From Octopus bimaculoides (lineage: Eukaryota): DNA of 54,826 nt. The position numbers were made by a program, and so were the translations under genes. Location: the NCBI RefSeq assembly GCF_001194135.2, contig NC_069005.1, forward strand, positions 29,586,645-29,641,470, given 5' to 3'. The notes beneath the pieces are model-generated. The model was given only the letters and a program-made list of their open reading frames with translations, did not search any database and was not told the DNA's origin. Each line of letters opens with the position of its first letter. Positions within the stretch are counted from its first letter, which is position 1. Positions 1-10,703 of this stretch are shown here, piece after piece.

Positions 1-111
1 AGGTGGCTATCTGTTTTCGTATGTGTTCGTTCCGTCGTCTGTAGTTCATTTTTCTGTACCTTGATATGCATCTATATACACATGTAGATGTAAGTATGTA
101 CATATATGTGT

Positions 112-156
<45 letters not shown>

Positions 157-329
157 GGCTAACACTAGAAAGTCAGACGTCAGCTAATTCAAGAGCTTGT
201 AGTGCCCTCTATCATTCAGGTGATTACAAACCTATATAAACAGCCTGAGGCTTAGCATCTGAAACGATCAACTACCTTCCGCCAGTCTACAGTAGGTCAA
301 CTATCCAAGAAGACACGACACAAATTCAT

Positions 330-530
330 TCCCCAGGTAGAGAAATTAGGGTGAGCTGTTTCACCTAAGGGTCAACCTTGATCGAATAAGACCTATGATT
401 AATAATTTTTAAAACGCACTCCAGCCGTGACCATCCCAACACTTTCCGGACCACGTCCAATGTATCCTTCCTCGGGTGTGAGTGATTTCAGAGAGATTTG
501 GCTACTAATTCTAACAGACAGCAATCAAGC
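330..530 (-). mobile_element. Degenerate SINE-like interspersed repeat (local family D)
   Basis: Reverse complement shares GAAATAGCAGCCAAAT- and GGGATGGTCACGGCTGGA-like motifs with copies at 5150-5440, 16940-17235, 28040-28250 and 51110-51330. Confidence 0.45.
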
Positions 531-1394
531 TGTGAGTGGCATCCTCGATAGAATTTGCAGGCAGGCATTATAGTATCAATTTCTGTGAATAAACGATAGT
601 GGACGGACTGCCAAGGATACAGATTAACCTAAAAAAATGCAATGTTTATGCAATCAAGCAGATGTAATCACTTGATATAAAAAATCAGACTGGATTTAAA
701 CAACAACAACAATAATAATCGCGCGCATGCACAACGACTCTATAATTTGGACGGAGTTTTCTTCATATATGTCGAAATGACATCCTTACTGAAGTATATA
801 TGTTGTTACTATGTGCGTGTATTCATACATCATCATAATATGTATGCCAAACAGCATTGCCGCTTTGAACCAAGGTTTCGTTCAAATGGCTTGTTCAGTG
901 GACCGAGCAAATCGGCGGGCTACTAAATGACTCATATCAGCTCACATGTGTGTCAGTGTGCGGGGAGAAGAGATACGTACGTGTGTGTGTGTGTGTGTGT
1001 TAGATGTATGTAACTGAAGCTTTAGTTTTAGTATGCTTACATATGTGTGTGTGTAAGGGTGGGGATAGATGTGTGCATATGTATAAAATGAAACTGAATC
1101 TACAGTTTTATTCTGCTTGTATATGTGTATGAATGTGTGTGCGTGTGTGTAAGGGGGTCATTTGCTATGGTATTTCATTAAATATTTTGCATTTCTGTCT
1201 TAAATATCGAACGACAACAGAAAAGTGAAAATCAAAGTCTCTGAAGCAACATTGTTAACAAAAAAAAAAAAAAAACCCTTTTATTTTGTTCTAGACATTG
1301 GATTTGATCACGATGGATACCTCCCCCACCTACAAAAGGTTATAGCAAATTACATACAGCCCCTTGATCCCCACTTTTTTTTATTTTTATTTAC

Positions 1395-1426
1395 TTGTCC
1401 GAGTCGGAGGAAGGGGCATTGCCCAT
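1395..1426 (-). CDS. Candidate first coding exon MGNAPSSDSD(K), unidentified gene
   Basis: Minus-strand ATG GGC AAT GCC CCT TCC TCC GAC TCG GAC AA followed by GTAAAT (donor-like). It sits downstream of a GC-richer UTR-like stretch and has an M-G-x-x-x-S myristoylation-like pattern. If unspliced, it is just a short ORF ending in TAA. Confidence 0.2.
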
Positions 1427-1785
1427 AGGACTACGAGGGTCCCTGTACATCCCCACAAGACCGACGATGAGACCGAAGCCATCAAGGTTCCTCTTGAACC
1501 TTTTATAAGTCAATATTTGAGGGAATGCCAAACGGCCGGCATTTGGGGAAGGCAGGAAAGAAGGGAGGGAGAGAGGGCTGAGTATATGGTGGATATTTTA
1601 TGAAAGGCGAAAATTGACCTGGGGTAAGATTTGAGCTTTGAACGCCATGGTACACACGTAGCATCTATTTCCAGTGGTGGCGATGGTCGACAATTGGAAT
1701 CGGTGAAGAAATGGAAGCAAAAATAAAGTAACATCTTAACAGTTGATTCTCGAAAGATCAAGAGCGAGTGTGTGTGTGTGTGTAT

Positions 1786-1817
<32 letters not shown>

Positions 1818-2082
1818 CATACGAAGAGAGAGAGAGGGTGGCTTCTAATTCTGTGCTTGACTGTATGGGTGTGTGTGAGTGGAACTGAAGTGGAATCAGC
1901 TTTGTATGTATATATGTAATATATTAGATTTCATCCCAGTATACACGCACAGTATATACTCTCTCTCGATCTATTTCTAACTATCTATATAGTTTCAGAA
2001 AAGCAATTTAAACAGCGATTCAATAAAACAGAATATTCCCTTAAAAAAGCTGAAGGCCTTCAATGAACATCTGACAGTGTTA

Positions 2083-2167
<85 letters not shown>

Positions 2168-3807
2168 ATAATGGCATACACAACGGCTGAAGTTAGGGAG
2201 TGACTGATACACATAAATTGTATGTATGTGCCAATGGATAGTATACATATGAAAGATGTGTAACTGTGCGGTAAAAGAAAAAAAAAAGCTATGCAAGATT
2301 TAGTAGTTAGCTTAAAAGACGATCCTCATACGAGATAAGACGAAGGCAATCTTTAATCCCCGACATCAAGTACCGCCTTAAATCAATTTCACTAATTTAA
2401 ACAATAAAAAAAAACCCCAAAAAATATCCTCAAAAATACACAAGAATACAAGAATATATAAATACATGGAATTAAAAGATTTAAAATCACGACATAGTAT
2501 CCGTTCCTTTTAATTATAAAATTCATTTTAATAGGAAAAGGGTGAGGCCAATAGAATTTTCAGTCTTTTTTTTACATCTGGGTTAAAAAGCTGAGACCAA
2601 ACCGATGTCTCTTGAAACTGTCAGTGCTTTCTTTAATTGTATTTCAAAAATATTTACTGGTTCCTGATCACTATATATACACATATATATAGGAAATGAT
2701 AGAGTCGACTTCAATATATATATATATATATATATATATACATGGCGATCTTATATATATATATATATATATAGCAATTAAATAGCAATAGAAGTATTTA
2801 GTTTAATTTCCATCAAGATATAGATGAAAGTAAAATGTTTCACTGAGAATTATATACACACACAGCTTTATATATATGTAGTTTTATACATACAGTTGAA
2901 GGGGCAAAAGGGATTACATTTTGTGTGTGGTTTTATAGGCATATATAGTTTTATACACTTAGGTTTGTTGAGACTGTTTCATATTTGATAATTTCAATTT
3001 AAAAAAACATAAATCTGACTTTGATGCATTGAAGTCTTCTCAAGATTTATGTTGGAAATATACAAAATCGAGAAATTTAGCTTTCTATATACACACACAA
3101 TTATATATATATATGCAACTGTTTAGTATATATTAAACGTTTCCAAGTTAAAGACAACTTTGATTTATATGCATATATATGTATAAGACATTTAAATATA
3201 ACAGCAAGTATTTTTACTTGAAAGATTTTAGAAGAGGAGGTTAGGCTAGGCGAGGCTCCTCTCAGATTTGAAATAAAAGACCTCTTTATAAACCGACAAA
3301 ATTTAGACACAGACAGACACGCATCCAAGATCGAATACGCAGATATTTATGATATTTATATACGTATAATCATAAATATAGATCGATGTGGATATAACAA
3401 AAGAAGCGAGAGGTGAAAAACGAGAGGCAAATGGGCGAGGACGGGCGATTTTAATGTAAAATGTCGGCCATGAGAGAGCACCGCCTGACTTTGTGTGTGT
3501 GTATATGTATAGATACATCTGTGCGTGCGTGTATGCGTGTGTATGTGTGCGTATGTACGTGTGAATCTGTATGAAAGAGACGAGTTGGATTTAAACAGAC
3601 ATTGGCTTATTGTTGGTGATTTACTTCTCGTTTTTTCGATGTCGTTATGGATAAAATGTTGGGATACTTACTGTTGAACAGATTTGCGAAACCAAATTAT
3701 TTTTTCCTCTTTCGCGATTGTTCCGTGTACTCACAAGACAGACGGGAGAGAAGGAGTGTGTGTGAGTGAGTGAGAGAGAAAGAGAGAGAGTGAGTGAGTG
3801 ATATATA

Positions 3808-4103
3808 TATAGACAGACAGATATGTATTAAGGAGGGAGTGGTTGGATAGCAATGTGCGTGGAAAGAGAGGGAGTGAAAGAGAGGTATAGACAGACAGAT
3901 ATATATTAAGGAGGGAGTGGTTGGATAGCAATGTGCGTGGAAAGAGAGGAAGTGAAAGAGAGGTATAGACAGACAGATATATATTAAGGAGGGAGTGGTT
4001 GGATAGCAATGTGCGTGGAAAGAGAAGTATAGACAGACAGATATATATTAAGGAGGGAGTGGTTGGATAGCAATATACGTGGTAAGAGAGGGAGTGAGAG
4101 AGA
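3808..4103. repeat. 78 bp tandem repeat, about 4 copies (third copy shortened)
   Basis: Unit TATAGACAGACAGATATATATTAAGGAGGGAGTGGTTGGATAGCAATGTGCGTGGAAAGAGAGGGAGTGAAAGAGAGG. It appears as a 26-aa periodicity in ORF 3731..4201. Confidence 0.92.
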
Positions 4104-4230
4104 TAGAGTTCCGCTGTTACAGTAAAGTAGAAAGTCGCCCGGTCTCCTCCGACACAGTTGCCTTCGCTCGGCAGAGGAACGGTGAGAGGCGATGGATGCA
4201 CATGCGCCGAACGTCACTGATGACGTAAGA
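4100..4230. promoter_or_regulatory. CpG-rich promoter-like segment with CRE/ATF dyad
   Basis: About a dozen CpGs in ~130 bp within an AT-rich window. ACGTCA-ctga-TGACGT palindrome at 4211-4226 including TGACGTAA, and an NRF1-like GCACATGCGC just upstream. Confidence 0.45.
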
Positions 4231-5149
4231 AGTTATTTATACATATACATATATCTTTATATATATGTATGTGTGTATATGTGTACATATACAGATAGAT
4301 ATGTGTATATAGAGAGAGAAGCACGCGCACATACAAACACACAATTATTTTGCACACACACGCACACACACATACATACGTGTGTGTATGTGTGCGTATT
4401 CAGTCTTCCCTCCTTTCTCTCCCTTCTTCTCCCTCCACCCCTGCCTTCTCCCACTGAAGGTTTCGGGTTTCGATTTGTCGGCCGGGCATTCGACTTCCCC
4501 AATTCTTTTTTTTTTTTTCTTTTTCCCCCACGAAATTTCGGAGTTGGGACTTGTCTAGCAAGTGATTTGATCTGAGTCCGTGCATTAATGTGTTGAAATT
4601 GAAATCTTTGAAGAATCATTTTAGCCATCCAAAAACCACACAAAAATTGTTTATTCACTTTAAACTTATATCTCCAAGGTTCACAGTATATTCTTCCTGT
4701 GTCAGTGACTAAGTCGCAGTCGGGAGACGAAAACTTTTGACACTCCAAGAAATAAGTTAAAAGTGAATTTAACATGGTTTTGCTTATTTTCTTTTAAATT
4801 ACCACGATGTAATTATTTTTTATTTTGTAATTTAACGAGCCCACAAGGAACCCGCTACGTTAGTCAATTTCTTTATTAACAATGAGGTTGAGAAAAAGAG
4901 GGGACGATACGAGGACAGACAAAACAAACATTGGGATCGGGGTATCGAATGAGACGGAAACGTATGAATAAACAAACAATTAAAATATATACAATTAAAT
5001 GAGAATGAGTAATTTAACAAAAAATGAAGCGGAGGACGCGGTCGACCCCACAAACCACATACTTACAATGAAGACTTTGCTTTGTATGGGGAAAACTGCA
5101 GTCCGCTTCTCAAAAGTTTCTCATACCCTCTCTACGTGATCGCTCAATA

Positions 5150-5440
5150 TCATAGAAATAGCAGCTAAATCTAATTCGTATCACATCCTACAAGTGACAT
5201 AACAAGGGGTATCGGCACTCGGAAGCAATGACATTTCTGGCAGGCTTCACCTAAATTAGTTGGCATGATAAACCAGAGGAAATTTTGTTCCTCTTCCTAC
5301 CTGCATCCAGGAGTGACCGCCTCTTCATCCTAACGTCATCAGAGAAAGTGGGGAGGATTCAAATACATCGAATGATGTAAATACATTATCTATTGGATAA
5401 ATGAAAAGTGGGATAGTCACGCCTGGAATGCCACTGATTA
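5150..5440 (+). mobile_element. Degenerate SINE-like repeat (family D)
   Basis: GAAATAGCAGCTAAATCT at the 5' side and AAGTGGGATAGTCACGCCTGGAATGC at the 3' side, matching 16940-17235. Confidence 0.45.
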
Positions 5441-5504
5441 CAGTTTCCTTTTTCTTTTCGATTTGGATGAGTGAACAACTATAGGTTTTGCCCAATCAAG
5501 GGTG

Positions 5505-5826
5505 AATAAAAATTGGCACTCCGTCAGCTGCTACGACGAGTGGTGCCAGTTGATTCGAACAAGCGAACAGTCTGCTCGTGAAATTAACATGCAAGTGGCT
5601 GAGCACTCCACAGACACGTGTACCCTTAACATAGTTCTCAGGGGGATTCAGCATGATGCAGAATGCGACAAGGCCGGTCCTTTAGAATACAAGTACTACC
5701 AATTTTTGCCAGAAGAGTGGACTGAAGCAACATGAAATAAAGTGTCCTGCTCAGGGACACAATGCACCTCAGGAATTGAACTCACGATTTTATGATTGTG
5801 AGGCAAATAACCTAACCACTAAGCCA
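5505..5826 (-). mobile_element. tRNA-headed SINE (family C, short-head variant)
   Basis: Shares the GTGGCTGAGCACTCCACAGACACGTGTACCCTTAAC block with 33312-33695, 45295-45685 and 50790-51110. The minus strand has a B-box-like GAGTTCAATTCC. Confidence 0.85.
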
Positions 5827-6034
5827 ACAAACCTGATTATCTCTTTCTCTGTTTTGTTTCTTTTGATCTTTTGTTTTTATTTTTACTTTTTTCTATTTCA
5901 TGTCATCAGAAACAACAAGACTTTATTTAACTACTGATAACAGCTCAACGTCCAACTTAAAAAAGAAAAGAACTCATCTATTATGTAACATCAATTGCTA
6001 AAGAAAGCATATGATATTTATCATCATCATCATC

Positions 6035-6262
6035 AAGATGGCAAGCTGGCAGAATCGTTAGCATGCAGAGCGAAATGCTTAGCAGTATTTCATCCATCTT
6101 TATGTTCTGTGTTCAAATTCCGCTGAGGTCGACTTTGCCTTTCATCCTTTCGGGGTCGATTAAATAAGTACCAGATATGCACTGGGGTCGATGTAATTGA
6201 CTTAATCCCTTTGTCTGTCCTTGTTTGTCCCCTCCATGTTTAGCTTTGCCCTCCTCTATGTT
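6035..6262 (+). mobile_element. tRNA-headed SINE with MetaSINE-like core (family A)
   Basis: GCAAGCTGGCAGAATCGTTAGC head, GTTCAAATTCC B box, and GTCGACTTTGCCTTTCATCCTTTCGGGGTCGAT core. More than 10 copies occur in the window. Confidence 0.88.
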
Positions 6263-6417
6263 TAGACTGATAGAATAAATACCAAAATTATAAAATAGGT
6301 AGGGAGGCCAATTTTACCGAAACAAGTGAAAAATACAATTGCAGTGTGGAAGGTGTTTATCAGCCATTTTAGAAACACACAAAAACCGTTAGATTCACTT
6401 CAGCATTTAAATTTAAT

Positions 6418-6466
6418 TTGCCAAAATATTTTCGTTGCTTTGAGACCGCGACCTGTTCACTGATAA
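6418..6466 (-). ncRNA. Minimal type I hammerhead ribozyme-like motif, G3:C8 core variant
   Basis: Minus strand reads ttatca GTGAACA g gtcgc ggtctcaaa gcaac GAAA atat T T tggcaa. Stem I is ttatca/tggcaa, stem II is gtcgc/gcaac, and stem III is the palindrome AATATT. Folded by eye; it has mismatches and a 1-nt insert after A9. Confidence 0.5.
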
Positions 6467-6683
6467 CATTTTGTTCCAGCACAAGATCTCAGATCAGGTC
6501 ACTTGCTATGCAAGTACATCTCTGTAAAGTGAAAAATAATAATATTCAAAAAAGAATTGAAGTAAAATGATGGCAGTGGGCAATAAATAAATAAATATTT
6601 ATCATCCTTTAAGAAAAAAAACAAAAACAAAAAGACCCCAATAAACTCTTAGATTTCCAAATAACCAGCCAGAGATAAATAAA

Positions 6684-6897
6684 CCTTTTGGCATTTAAAC
6701 TGGCCAGATCCAGCCCAAATGTTCCACTTGTTTTATCTTTAAATTGGCCAAATCTGACCTCCCGTACTTACTCCACAATGTCATTCTAAAAATAAACAGT
6801 TGCATCATCGAAGTTTTGGAGCTACAAGATAATACATTCAAAACAATGTGAATAAATAAGCATTGCACCTGATAGAGGTAATCTGACTGCTAAAGGG
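6684..6897. mobile_element. piggyBac-like (TTAA) MITE
   Basis: Ends CCTTTTGGCATT...TGCTAAAGGG|TTAA. Same family as the TTAA-flanked element at 52762-52982. Confidence 0.75.
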
Positions 6898-7651
6898 TTA
6901 AGTATCTGCAATATCTTGATTGTTTCCTTTGAATAGTGACATTCAGGTATAAGAGTGAGACATGACAGGGCTAAACGAAATAATTTTGCTGCCTTGGTTA
7001 CTGAAAAAATCTCTCTCTCTGAAGTAAAAGCATTATCGTAAAATGAAGAAAGAGAGCCAGAAACATTATTAAGATTAGAATCTAGTTTGTCTAACTTCTG
7101 CTAGCTTAACCTTTTATCTTAGAAATGTTTGACTCCATGGCAACTCACAGAGAGAGAGTTTTCTGAATGAAAGCAAAGTTGACATTACATCCAAGTAGTT
7201 AAAGCTATAGTTAAAAGATCATTTTTTTTTTACATGTGCCCATGGTAGTTTTTATTAAGACAGGACCAGAAAAATATTAGGCAGGCATGCTGGAGAACAC
7301 TGACTAAAGGACAATATCTTATAAGACAAAAAGCAATAAAGAGTAGTTTCACTAGCAGCTGTTGAGAGCAGAGATCAAGTTGAGTGAAGTTCTAATAAGT
7401 TTCTGGAAGGTTCTGTAAATTCAAGGCAAATACATATTGCATCAGTTGTTTTCTCTCGAAGTCCATTTCCTCTAAGGTTGTAAGGGACGGTTCTACTTTG
7501 TAGAATTCTAAATGGTTTGGTTGTGCTTTGTACAATTCCTAGTGGGTTTAGAAAATTTCTCCCTTCCATATTCATGAACTGAGTTCTTCTATCACTATGG
7601 ACAGCGCCAGGAGGTCCAACAAGAAATAGTAGCTACATATCTCTCAAAATG

Positions 7652-8045
7652 AGTGGCTATGTGGTAAGTAGCTTGCTTACTAGCCACATGGTTCCGGGTT
7701 CAGTCCCACTGTGTGACACCTTGGGCAAGTGTCTTCTACTATAGCCTCGGGGCGACCAAAGCCATGTGAGTGGATATGGTAGACGAAAACTGAAAGAAGC
7801 CTGCCGTATATATTTGTGTGTGTGTGTGTGTATGTTTATGTGTCTGTGTTTGTTCCCCCACCATCACTTGACAACCGATGTTGGTGTGTTTACGTACCCG
7901 TAACTTAGCAGTTCAACAAAAGTGGCTGATAGAATAAGTACTACGCTCACAAAGAATTAGTCCTAGGGCCGATATGTCCGACTAAAAGCGGTGCTCCAGC
8001 ATGGCTGCAGTCAAATGACTGAAACAAATAAAAGAATAAAAGAAC
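7652..8045 (+). mobile_element. tRNA-headed SINE (family B), near full length
   Basis: GTGGCTATGTGGTAAG head, GGTTCAGTCCC B box, CCTTGGGCAAGTGTCTTCTACTATAGCC core, internal (TG)n and CCAGCATGGCTGCAGTCAAATGACTGAAAC tail. Matches 37455-37830. Confidence 0.9.
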
Positions 8046-8269
8046 ATACAGATACACATATCTAGGCATGTGGGTGTGTGTGTGTTTCCATATTTTTTAT
8101 TACCTGGAACTTCTGCATTTACATATGTACAAGAATTATTTGAATAAAACAGCAAACACAAGATAGCAAAGGAAGCAGTTAAAAGTCTTCAAATCAGAAA
8201 TCATTTTAGTTATCAATATGAAATTTGTCTGTCTGTGTATGTTCTCATGTATAACATTGTAGATTAGTC

Positions 8270-8780
8270 ATTTCACAATCCCACGAAATGCAGATCTTTG
8301 TCTTCAGTGGATGCAGTTCTGGCTTGGTATGAAGTGTTGCTCGCACACTCAGTCATTTTTTCCCTGCTTCATATTGACATAAAGAATTATTTTTCATACT
8401 TGGTGATGATGTGATAAAAACTCTCTCTAGCAGAGAGGTCGAGGTACACTGGAGTTTGTCTCTTTCATTCAGAGCACGTGGCTCCCGTACACTCAGTTTT
8501 TGGACTTTACTCATTGACTGTACCCATTGTCCCCTCATGGTATCATAAGAGCATTCCATCTGCTGGGCCGACTGCTTAGTGGACTGGTGTAGCTCCTCGT
8601 GGTTGAACTCATTCAATCAATCCTTATTGAACTGAATGGGGTGGCCAGAATGTGGAGAATCTGTGAAGTGAAATTTCTCCTCCTCGAAGCACAGCAGAGT
8701 GATAGAGGCATGAGTGATGGTGACTGGGAGGATTTGTAGTGATGAGATGAGTGATTGCATTCTGTACCAATCTCAGTATT
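8270..8780 (-). pseudogene. Degenerate mariner-family transposase fragment
   Basis: Manual translation across stops and frameshifts gives FTDSPHSGHPIQF...KVQKLSVREPRAL (WVPHEL-like), FLSH-II..EK.ILYVNMK (IVTGDEKW-like) and TKPELHPLKTKICISWD (KPELHPKKVxLxVWWD-like). Confidence 0.8.
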
Positions 8781-8873
8781 TTGAGATAGGCATATTTACT
8801 CAAGGCAACACAATGTGCCTAAGATGGCACAGGAAATGACAGAGGTCTACATGACCCAGAAGATAGATAGATA

Positions 8874-8921
<48 letters not shown>

Positions 8922-9815
8922 ATACCTATGTACAAGTACATGCACACGCATAGTGACACATCTAAGTATCTAACCAGCAATCTAACACATATCTGGACTC
9001 ATATCAGAAGAGATCATAGATTAATTATATCTTTATGCAAACATCCTACTGTTGATACAGTAAGTAACAGCAATAATAACCTAATAATAACAATAACGAA
9101 TGCAGTGCTTAGCTGTATTACAAGTCACTAAAACAAGTACCAGTTGAATACTGGGGTTGATGTTACTGACTTACCCCTCCCCTAAAATTTCTGGCCCAGT
9201 GCCAAAATTTGAAACCACTATATGGTAAGCAATCAACAGAGAGTATTCATCTGGTTGCATGTAATTGGAGAGCTTCCAATAGATCGATATTCTAAACAAG
9301 CTGAGTGTTCCAGACCGGAGATGCAAACTGTAAGTGAGAACATAACATAGCCATGTTTTCTAATACAGGCACAGGGTGACACATTCTGGGTAAGGGATAC
9401 GGTAGGTTATATTGATCCTACCCAGTGCTTGACTGATCTTTAATTTTACCGATCCTGGAAAGATGAAATGCATAGTTAATTGCTGTAACTTTGAACTCAG
9501 AACACTGAGGGCCATAACTGAATTCTCAAAAGCATTCCATGGTTGGAGAGAGAACAATGAAGGCATCAGGTAAAATGCTTTTACCATCTGGTGTCACAAT
9601 TAACCAGTGAGCTTGTTAAAAAATATATATCAGTGACAGAGGCAGAATTAATATGAAGAGGTAATATTTATCTCCACTTAAAAGTGGATGTTCTGTTAGA
9701 ACAAGCTATACTGCAGTAGATACCATGAGAGAGACTATATTGCTTTTGGTGCAAATATGCATGTTTGTTTATTTCGTTAGCAAGAAGATAAATCCCAACT
9801 GCCTCCAGCACCAAG

Positions 9816-9855
9816 ACCACTTAATTTCAACCTTCCTTGGTCTCGTCAATAATAG
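9816..9855 (-). ncRNA. Hammerhead-like motif in tandem unit 1 (cleavage triplet deleted)
   Basis: ctatta TTGACGA gacc aaggaa ggtt GAAA tta... About 8 nt, including the NUH site, are missing relative to unit 2. Confidence 0.45.
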
Positions 9856-10164
9856 ACACTTGACTACTAGAGATAGCAGTAATTCAACCCCCTCCACTAA
9901 CAATATATAGAAAAACAGTACCAGAACAGATGCTGGTGTCACAATTAACCAGTGTGCTTGTTAAAAAGTATGTATTAGTGACAGAGGCAGTATTAATACG
10001 AAGAGGTAATATTTATCTCCACTTAAAAGCAGATGTTCTATTAGAACAAACTCTACTGTGGTAAATACCACAAGAGAAACTCTCATGTTAACCTTTGGTG
10101 CAAAATGCACTCTTGTTTATTTCGCTAGTGAGGAGACAGATCTCCATCACTTCCAGTGCCAAGA

Positions 10165-10211
10165 CCACCAGATTATGTGATTTTGACCTTGTTTGGTTTT
10201 GTCAATGATGG
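10165..10211 (-). ncRNA. Hammerhead-like motif in tandem unit 2 (mutated core)
   Basis: ccatca TTGACAA aacc aaacaa ggtc AAAA tcacataa TC tggtgg. Stem I ccatca/tggtgg pairs fully with one G-U, and an AUC triplet is present. G8, G10.1 and G12 are changed to A. Confidence 0.45.
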
Positions 10212-10321
10212 ACACTTGACCTCTAGAGATAGCAGTGGCTCATCTTCCATCCACTGATATATATAGAAAAACAGGGTCAAAACAGGCGTTGGTGTTGCTA
10301 GATGAAGAAGATCCGGTTACT

Positions 10322-10660
10322 TTTTGAGTTAGTAATGGTGCTTTCTAATTTTGGCACAAGGCCAGAAGTTTTGAGGGGAGGGGGAATAGTGAATTACATC
10401 AGTCCCAGCACTTGACTGGTACTTTATTTTACTGACTCTGAAAAGGTGAAGGGCAAAGATGACCTCACTGGAATTTGAACATACATAGGTGCAGACATGG
10501 CTGTGTGGTAAGAAGTTTGCTTCCCAAACACATGGTTCCAGGTTAACAGGGACAAACCTGGATTTAAAATATTGGAATTCAATTCATAAAAACAGATAAA
10601 AAAAACTGCTAAGCATTTTGTCCAGCATTCTAACGATTCAGCCAGCTCACCGCCTTAATA
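10322..10660 (-). mobile_element. Family A SINE interrupted by a family B head fragment (about 10490-10545)
   Basis: TTTGGCACAAGGCCAG tail and GCCAGCTCACCGCCTT head are split by GCAGACATGGCTGTGTGGTAAGAAGTTTGC. Confidence 0.65.
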
Positions 10661-10703
10661 GCAATAATGAAAATAGTAAAGATTATTTGCCAACAGAACA
10701 TGG

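Larger units (their letters stand above)
9588..10290. repeat. Diverged tandem duplication, unit about 345-356 bp, two copies
   Basis: CTGGTGTCACAATTAACCAG starts at 9588 and 9933. The copies are collinear throughout (e.g. GAAGAGGTAATATTTATCTCCACTTAAAAG, CTAGAGATAGCAGT, TATATAGAAAAACAG). Confidence 0.93.

Noticed and set aside
7375-7620. Unique segment with a partly open minus frame (ELYKAQPNHLEFYKVEPSL...)
   Set aside because: It has several stops and no motif I can recognise. It may be an old repeat; blastx is needed.
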